From Gammaproteobacteria bacterium (lineage in GTDB: Bacteria > Pseudomonadota > Gammaproteobacteria > UBA6002), in the NCBI GenBank assembly GCA_020050845.1, contig JAGVJZ010000049.1, positions 1-52,230 on the forward strand: a DNA stretch of 52,230 nt. The letters run 5' to 3'. Shown in pieces: positions 46,053 through 52,230 of the stretch. Within the stretch, counting starts at the first letter, position 1, and every line of letters begins with the position of its first letter. The notes beneath the pieces are model-generated. The model made no database searches and was not told the DNA's origin. It was given only the letters and a program-made list of their open reading frames with translations. A program made the position numbers and the translations under genes.

Positions 46053-47159
46053 TTACGATATACATTTTGACAAGATAGCTTGTTTCAAGTGTTCAGAAAT
46101 AAATTCAATTTCGGAGTCAGAGAGATAGGGATGAAAAGGTAAACTCATCACTCGGGTCGCTAGATGTTCCGATTTAGATAAATCAGCATCACCCCAGTAG
46201 TCCATGCTAAAAACCGGTTGTTTGTGTAATGGTACAGGATAGTGAATAGCCGTTGGAATGCCCTGCTCTTGTAATGCAGCTTGTACTTCAGCGCGATTGG
46301 CAACTTGCACAGTATATTGAGCGTAAATACTGGTGTTATAAGCTTCGATGTGCGGGATAGCAACTATATCACTAAGAGCCTGATTGTATTTTTCAGCAAC
46401 TTGGGAACGCAAACGAACTTCATTATCAAAAATATGTAACTTGGCAATTAAAATAGCAGCTTGAATAGTATCAAAGCGACTATTCATACCAAGGGTAACA
46501 TGATTGTAGCGGGTACTTTGACCATGATTACGAATCTTACGAATTTTGTCTGCCAGATCGTCATCATCGGTAAAACAAGCACCACCATCACCATAACAAC
46601 CAAGAGGCTTAGCTGGAAAGAAACTAGTACATCCAATCGTTCCAAGATTACAGGAGAAACGATTTTTATAAGTCGCGCCAAAGCTTTGTGCTGCATCTTC
46701 AACGACATATAAACCATATTCGGCTGCAATTTCATTGATAGCGTCGTAATCAGCACATTGGCCATATAAATTGACCGGCATGATGACCTTAGTCTTAGGA
46801 GTAATGGCTTGTTCAATTTGCGCTGGGTCAATATTGTAAGTCAGAGGATTGATATCAACAAAAACGGGCTTAGCACCCAGCAGTCTTATGGTTTCAGCCG
46901 TAGCAATAAAAGTAAATGGGGTGGTGATCACTTCATCATCTGGCCGAATGCCAAGCGCCATCAAAGCGACGAGCAAAGCGTCTGTTCCGCTGCTCACTGT
47001 AATAGCATGTTTAGCATGGACATACGTTGCTAATTTATCTTCAACCTCAGCAATCTCTGGTCCCATAATATAAGTGCCATGCTGAAGGACTTTATTTATT
47101 CTTGATATAACATCCTGCTCAATGAGTTGGTACTGCTTTTTCAAATCGATAAACTGCAT
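46053..47159 (-). CDS. wbpE: UDP-2-acetamido-2-deoxy-3-oxo-glucuronate aminotransferase
   Basis: Near-colinear with P. aeruginosa WbpE as I recall it (FIDLK.Q, GQCADYDAIN, EDAAQSFGA.YK, CTSFFP.KPLGCYGDGGA, YAQYTV). The start is ATG 47159 (MQFIDL). Confidence 0.9.
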   Translation of the reverse strand: MQFIDLKKQYQLIEQDVISRINKVLQHGTYIMGPEIAEVEDKLATYVHAKHAITVSSGTDALLVALMALGIRPDDEVITTPFTFIATAETIRLLGAKPVFVDINPLTYNIDPAQIEQAITPKTKVIMPVNLYGQCADYDAINEIAAEYGLYVVEDAAQSFGATYKNRFSCNLGTIGCTSFFPAKPLGCYGDGGACFTDDDDLADKIRKIRNHGQSTRYNHVTLGMNSRFDTIQAAILIAKLHIFDNEVRLRSQVAEKYNQALSDIVAIPHIEAYNTSIYAQYTVQVANRAEVQAALQEQGIPTAIHYPVPLHKQPVFSMDYWGDADLSKSEHLATRVMSLPFHPYLSDSEIEFISEHLKQAILSKCIS

Positions 47160-47252
47160 ATCCCGCCACATCTTTTAATTTTTTGGAATCGCTGATCGTA
47201 CACCACTCAAAGTTAAGACACAAGGCTACAAAACCTATAGAAAAACTTTTGA

Positions 47253-48683
<1,431 letters not shown>

Positions 48684-48692
48684 TGTGAAAAC

Positions 48693-49703
48693 ATGAAGTT
48701 TTCTTTAACTGACTGGGCAGTCAAAAAGCTGACTAAATGGTTAACCCGCATGGAACCCCCACGCCGCGCGTACCTATGTGATTTCGAAAGAATTCGATAT
48801 GAAATACGACCAGGCGATGTTTTACTCGTTGAGGGCCGTAATCGGATTAGTCGTTGGGTAAAAAAATCGACTCAAAGTCCTTGGTCTCATGCCGCACTCT
48901 ATATCGGCCGTCTATATGATATCGATGACCCCGAGCTTCGACAAAAAATACGCGAACACTTTAGCGGCTCTTCGGATAGCCAACTTGTTATTGAAAGCAT
49001 GATTGGTAAAGGAACTATTGTCACGCCGCTTTCTTTTTATCGCCATGATCATCTGCGCATTTGCCGACCTCAGGGGTTATCACGACATGATGCCCAAGAA
49101 ATTATCCGTTATGCAGTAAGTCGTTTAGGTGGCAAATATCATCTTCGTCAAGTCTTTGACATGTGGCGCTTTCTTTTACCTTGGTGGGGATACTTCCGAC
49201 GTTGGCATTCAGTATTGTTTGACGGCAAAGGTTCCCAGGCGCTCTACGATATCTGTTCTTCGATGATTGCTGATGCCTTTCGCTCAGTTAACTTTCCTAT
49301 TCTACCCATTGTGAAACAAGACGATGAAAACGGTATTGAACTGATCCAGCGCAATACTCGTTTATACACTCCAAGCGATTTTGATTATTCGCCTTATTTT
49401 GACATCATCAAATATCCATTTTTTTCGCTCTCCGAAAAAGCGCCATACCATCACTTGCCCTGGAAAGAAGGAGCTATCGGTATTGATGATGAACGAGAGT
49501 ACTATTTAGCTCCAGTGGTCAGTGATGAGACTCTGGATACTACAACGCAGCATGCTACGGAACAATCTAGCGATGACACGGATCCTTCTGAACAAGAAAA
49601 TCCAAAAGAACCGGCTTCCCCAGACCATATCTCAGAAAAAAATCCTAATACACTGGCTGACATTCTAAAAAAAGTACGTAATCGACGCACCCACAGTCAT
49701 TAG
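48693..49703 (+). CDS. YiiX/YebB-like permuted papain-fold (NlpC/P60 clan) protein with an acidic disordered tail
   Basis: GDVLLVEGRNRIS..SPWSHAALYIG (His) precedes YDICSSMIADAF (Cys), the same order as the E. coli YiiX motifs. The C-terminal ~70 aa is D/E/S/T/P-rich. Confidence 0.55.
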   Translation: MKFSLTDWAVKKLTKWLTRMEPPRRAYLCDFERIRYEIRPGDVLLVEGRNRISRWVKKSTQSPWSHAALYIGRLYDIDDPELRQKIREHFSGSSDSQLVIESMIGKGTIVTPLSFYRHDHLRICRPQGLSRHDAQEIIRYAVSRLGGKYHLRQVFDMWRFLLPWWGYFRRWHSVLFDGKGSQALYDICSSMIADAFRSVNFPILPIVKQDDENGIELIQRNTRLYTPSDFDYSPYFDIIKYPFFSLSEKAPYHHLPWKEGAIGIDDEREYYLAPVVSDETLDTTTQHATEQSSDDTDPSEQENPKEPASPDHISEKNPNTLADILKKVRNRRTHSH

Positions 49704-50362
49704 ATTTTTCGAATCAGGGTCAGACCATCAGCGATTGGAAGCATAGCCAACTCGACACGATTATCAGTAAGCACCTTCTGGTTGAAGTCCCTAATCGCCA
49801 CTGTGGTGCCATCATTGACATTTGGATCGGCTACTCGCCCCCCCTGAAAAACATTGTCTACGGCAATCAAACCACCTGCTGTTAGTAACTTCAACGATAG
49901 TTCGTAATAGGTAGGGTAATTTTTTTTATCAGCATCAATAAAGATAAAATCGAAACTGTTTTCATCACCCTCATCTAACAAATTCTCTAAGGTCGCACTC
50001 GCTTGTCCCAACTTTAATTGTATTTTATGAGCAACCCCTGCCTTCTCCCAATATTTTTTCGCTGTTTCGGTCCATTGCTCATTAATATCACAACCAATAA
50101 CCTGGCCATTTTCTGGCAATGCCAAAGCGACCGCCAAGGAGCTATAACCGGTAAATACGCCAATATCTAATGTCCGCTTGGCACCAATGAGTTTGACTAA
50201 TAGCGCTAAAAATTGCCCTTCTTCGGGACCAATTTGCATTTGAGAGTTACTCATTTTTGCGGTTTCCGCTCGAAGTTCAGCCAGCACCGGATGTTCACGA
50301 AGAGAGCTCTCCAAGTAATAGCTGTAAAGTTGGTCGGACATGAAGAGATTTGATCGGCTCAT
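49700..50362 (-). CDS. class I SAM-dependent O-methyltransferase (caffeoyl-CoA OMT-like)
   Basis: Has TLDIGVFTGYSSLAVALAL and FDFIFIDADKKNY. ATG 50362 has AAGGAAA upstream; the tracked extension to 50416 reads through a repeat. Confidence 0.85.
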   Translation of the reverse strand: MSRSNLFMSDQLYSYYLESSLREHPVLAELRAETAKMSNSQMQIGPEEGQFLALLVKLIGAKRTLDIGVFTGYSSLAVALALPENGQVIGCDINEQWTETAKKYWEKAGVAHKIQLKLGQASATLENLLDEGDENSFDFIFIDADKKNYPTYYELSLKLLTAGGLIAVDNVFQGGRVADPNVNDGTTVAIRDFNQKVLTDNRVELAMLPIADGLTLIRKI

Positions 50363-50387
50363 GGTATTTCCTTTAAGTAAGCTTGTT

Positions 50388-50401
50388 CGGGCACGGGCAC
50401 G
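50388..50401. repeat. fragment of the heptamer element (cgggcacgggcacg)
   Basis: Has the same terminal sequence ...cgggcacgggcacgta as the copy at 8667-8682. It lies in the divergent OMT/integrase spacer. Confidence 0.6.
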
Positions 50402-50478
50402 TATTTCAATGGCCATCTAGCAATATAACCTAACCGCTTTATAATAACTTGTTTAGTCCGGTAACCATTAAGTGTTTA

Positions 50479-51741
50479 ATGAAAAAAGCATCTAGCAAAA
50501 TTATTCCAAAGCCATTGTTTGATACGATTGAAGCGCTCGATGAAGAGATCAATCCTGTGATTCTTGATTATCTCAACAGACTCAACACTGAACAGATTCA
50601 GCAAGAATATGCACTAACCCTAGAATTTTTACGCAGCTATGCCGGTTCGCTAGATACTTTTAACGCTTACCGTAGAGAAGTGGAACGCTTTCTACAGTGG
50701 AGCTGGCTAGTTTGTAAAAAATCAATCAAAGCAATAGATCGTAATGATATTCGTCTCTTTCTAGAATTCATCCAAAAGCCTCCGCGAGACTGGATCGCCA
50801 CTAAAAATGTTACTCGTTTTATCAATCGTGAAGGCCTCAGACAACAAAATCCGTCCTGGCGCCCTTTCGTAGTACGAATTTCAAAAGCTTTGCATAAACA
50901 AGGCGTTAAGCCTGATACTGATGAGTACGAGCTTACTAATAAATCCATCCAAGCTCTTTTTGCGGTGCTAAGCACTTACTTTACTTTCTTACAGCAGGAA
51001 ACCTATTTAGAAGTCAATCCTGTGCAGTTAATCAGACAGAAAAATCGTTTTTTGCAACGCCAACAATCACAAAAAGTCACACGAAGATTAAGCAATACGC
51101 AATGGGATTTTGTCATCAATGCTATCGAAGCCCAAGCCAACATCGATTCAGATTACGAAAGATATTTGTTTATGATGTCAGCTTTTTATCTCCTAGGCTT
51201 GCGAATCTCGGAGTTAGCAGATACTCCTGGACGAGTTCCCAAGATGGGCGACTTTAGCCCCGATAAACATGATCGGTGGTGGTTTACAACAGTCGGGAAA
51301 GGCAATAAAGTACGGGATGTTGCAGTCCCAAACGCTATGTTAGAAGCGTTAAAACGTTATCGATTAAGTAGAGGATTAACCCCGCTACCTAGCAGAGGAG
51401 AAAATACCCCTTTATTACATAAAGAAAGAGGTCGAGGCGGTCTTGGCACCCGTCAGATTAGAAATTTAGTGCAAACCTGCTTCGATAAGGCAATAAATAA
51501 ACTCCGTGAAGCTAGGAAACATGATGAGTCTCAGGATCTTGCAGTTGCTACGGTCCATTGGCTAAGGCACACAGCAATCTCTGCTGACGTTGAACATCGG
51601 CCACGAGAGCATGTCCGAGATGATGCTGGCCATGAAAATGCTACAATTACCGATCGATACATTGATACGGATAGAATTGCACGCCATGAATCTGCAAAAC
51701 ATAAGCCACTCAAACCTCTAAACTCAAACGATCCCTATTAA
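50479..51741 (+). CDS. tyrosine recombinase / phage-integrase family protein
   Basis: Has the catalytic residues GLRISELADT (Arg), HWLRHTA (HxxR) and TDRYI (Tyr), plus an N-terminal SAM-like core-binding region. ATG 50479 is preferred over the tracked TTG at 50449. Confidence 0.85.
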   Translation: MKKASSKIIPKPLFDTIEALDEEINPVILDYLNRLNTEQIQQEYALTLEFLRSYAGSLDTFNAYRREVERFLQWSWLVCKKSIKAIDRNDIRLFLEFIQKPPRDWIATKNVTRFINREGLRQQNPSWRPFVVRISKALHKQGVKPDTDEYELTNKSIQALFAVLSTYFTFLQQETYLEVNPVQLIRQKNRFLQRQQSQKVTRRLSNTQWDFVINAIEAQANIDSDYERYLFMMSAFYLLGLRISELADTPGRVPKMGDFSPDKHDRWWFTTVGKGNKVRDVAVPNAMLEALKRYRLSRGLTPLPSRGENTPLLHKERGRGGLGTRQIRNLVQTCFDKAINKLREARKHDESQDLAVATVHWLRHTAISADVEHRPREHVRDDAGHENATITDRYIDTDRIARHESAKHKPLKPLNSNDPY

Positions 51742-51781
51742 TAAAGACTAGGACAGTTAAAAATCTTGGAGCAATAACTGA

Positions 51782-52230
51782 ATGTTGAATTATCGAATTA
51801 AAAAAGAAGGAAAAAATGAAAAGTGGTTGGAAACCAATCTTACCGGCAAGCCCCTTTTAACGATTGCTGAATTAAATAAAGGCACAGCGTTTACGATAGA
51901 AGAACGTCATGAATTCGGTCTCTTTGGTAAACTACCAGCAAGAGTTGAAGAGCTGCACGAACAAGCGATGCGCGCTTATCTGCAATATCGCTCTTTCGAT
52001 TCGTTATTACAAAAAAATATTTATCTACGCAATTTACACAGCAGCAATCAAGTTCTTTTTTATAAATTGATTCAAAATCATATTACTGAAATGTTACCGG
52101 TGATTTATACCCCTATTGTTGGAACGGCGGTTGTCGAATATAGCCGACAGTTTCGTCAACCACGTGGTATCTATATTTCATACTTGGATAAAGATCACAT
52201 CCCTGAAATTTTAGATAATCGCACCAACCC
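51782..52230 (+). CDS. maeA: NAD(P)-dependent malic enzyme, 3' end beyond the window
   Basis: This ORF is absent from the supplied track because it runs off the window. It is open from ATG 51782 to the end, with LNKGTAFTIEERHEFGLFGKLP and VIYTPIVGTAVVEYS, typical of large malic enzymes. Confidence 0.88.
   Translation, partial: MLNYRIKKEGKNEKWLETNLTGKPLLTIAELNKGTAFTIEERHEFGLFGKLPARVEELHEQAMRAYLQYRSFDSLLQKNIYLRNLHSSNQVLFYKLIQNHITEMLPVIYTPIVGTAVVEYSRQFRQPRGIYISYLDKDHIPEILDNRTN

Noticed and set aside
46160-47073. Several ORFs of 67-115 aa on both strands inside wbpE
   Set aside because: The WbpE frame is colinear with a well-characterised enzyme. The others are alternative-frame or antisense artefacts of an AT-rich gene.

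Overview
This is an AT-rich bacterial chromosome segment, tightly packed with many 1-14 nt gene overlaps. No rRNA, tRNA or CRISPR was seen. All calls come from reading the six-frame translations against remembered family motifs; no database search was run. Layout: (i) 0.7-7.9 kb, minus strand: a six-gene translationally coupled methylcitrate operon (FadD-type ligase, prpB, prpC, ispG, prpD, PAPS-reductase-like gene). (ii) 7.9-9.9 kb: minCDE. (iii) 9.9-19.4 kb: lipid and branched-chain catabolism (fadL, fadE, glycerophosphodiesterase, ldh-bkdA1-bkdA2-bkdB). (iv) 19.5-27.1 kb: an islet of eukaryote-like proteins (two F-box+ankyrin proteins, one membrane ankyrin protein, one orphan) interleaved with ugd. 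(v) 27.3-47.2 kb: a ~20 kb glycan (O-antigen/LPS-type) locus, almost entirely on the minus strand. It has a complete WbpA/B/D/E pathway, a WbpL-type initiator, Wzx, about three glycosyltransferases, a second aminotransferase/epimerase pair and three AsnB-type amidotransferases. (vi) 47.3-52.2 kb: purB, a permuted-papain protein, an O-methyltransferase, a lone tyrosine recombinase and the start of a malic enzyme gene. Several families of short palindromic repeats occupy the intergenic space. The most striking is a GC-rich element built from GTGCCCG heptamers. These repeats mark every interruption of the glycan locus. The F-box/ankyrin genes and the repeat types suggest an intracellular Legionellales-type gammaproteobacterium, but that is inference only. 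The items most worth follow-up are the triple-amidotransferase glycan locus, the repeat-bracketed cassettes inside it, the heptamer repeat family, the ispG-containing prp operon and the effector islet.
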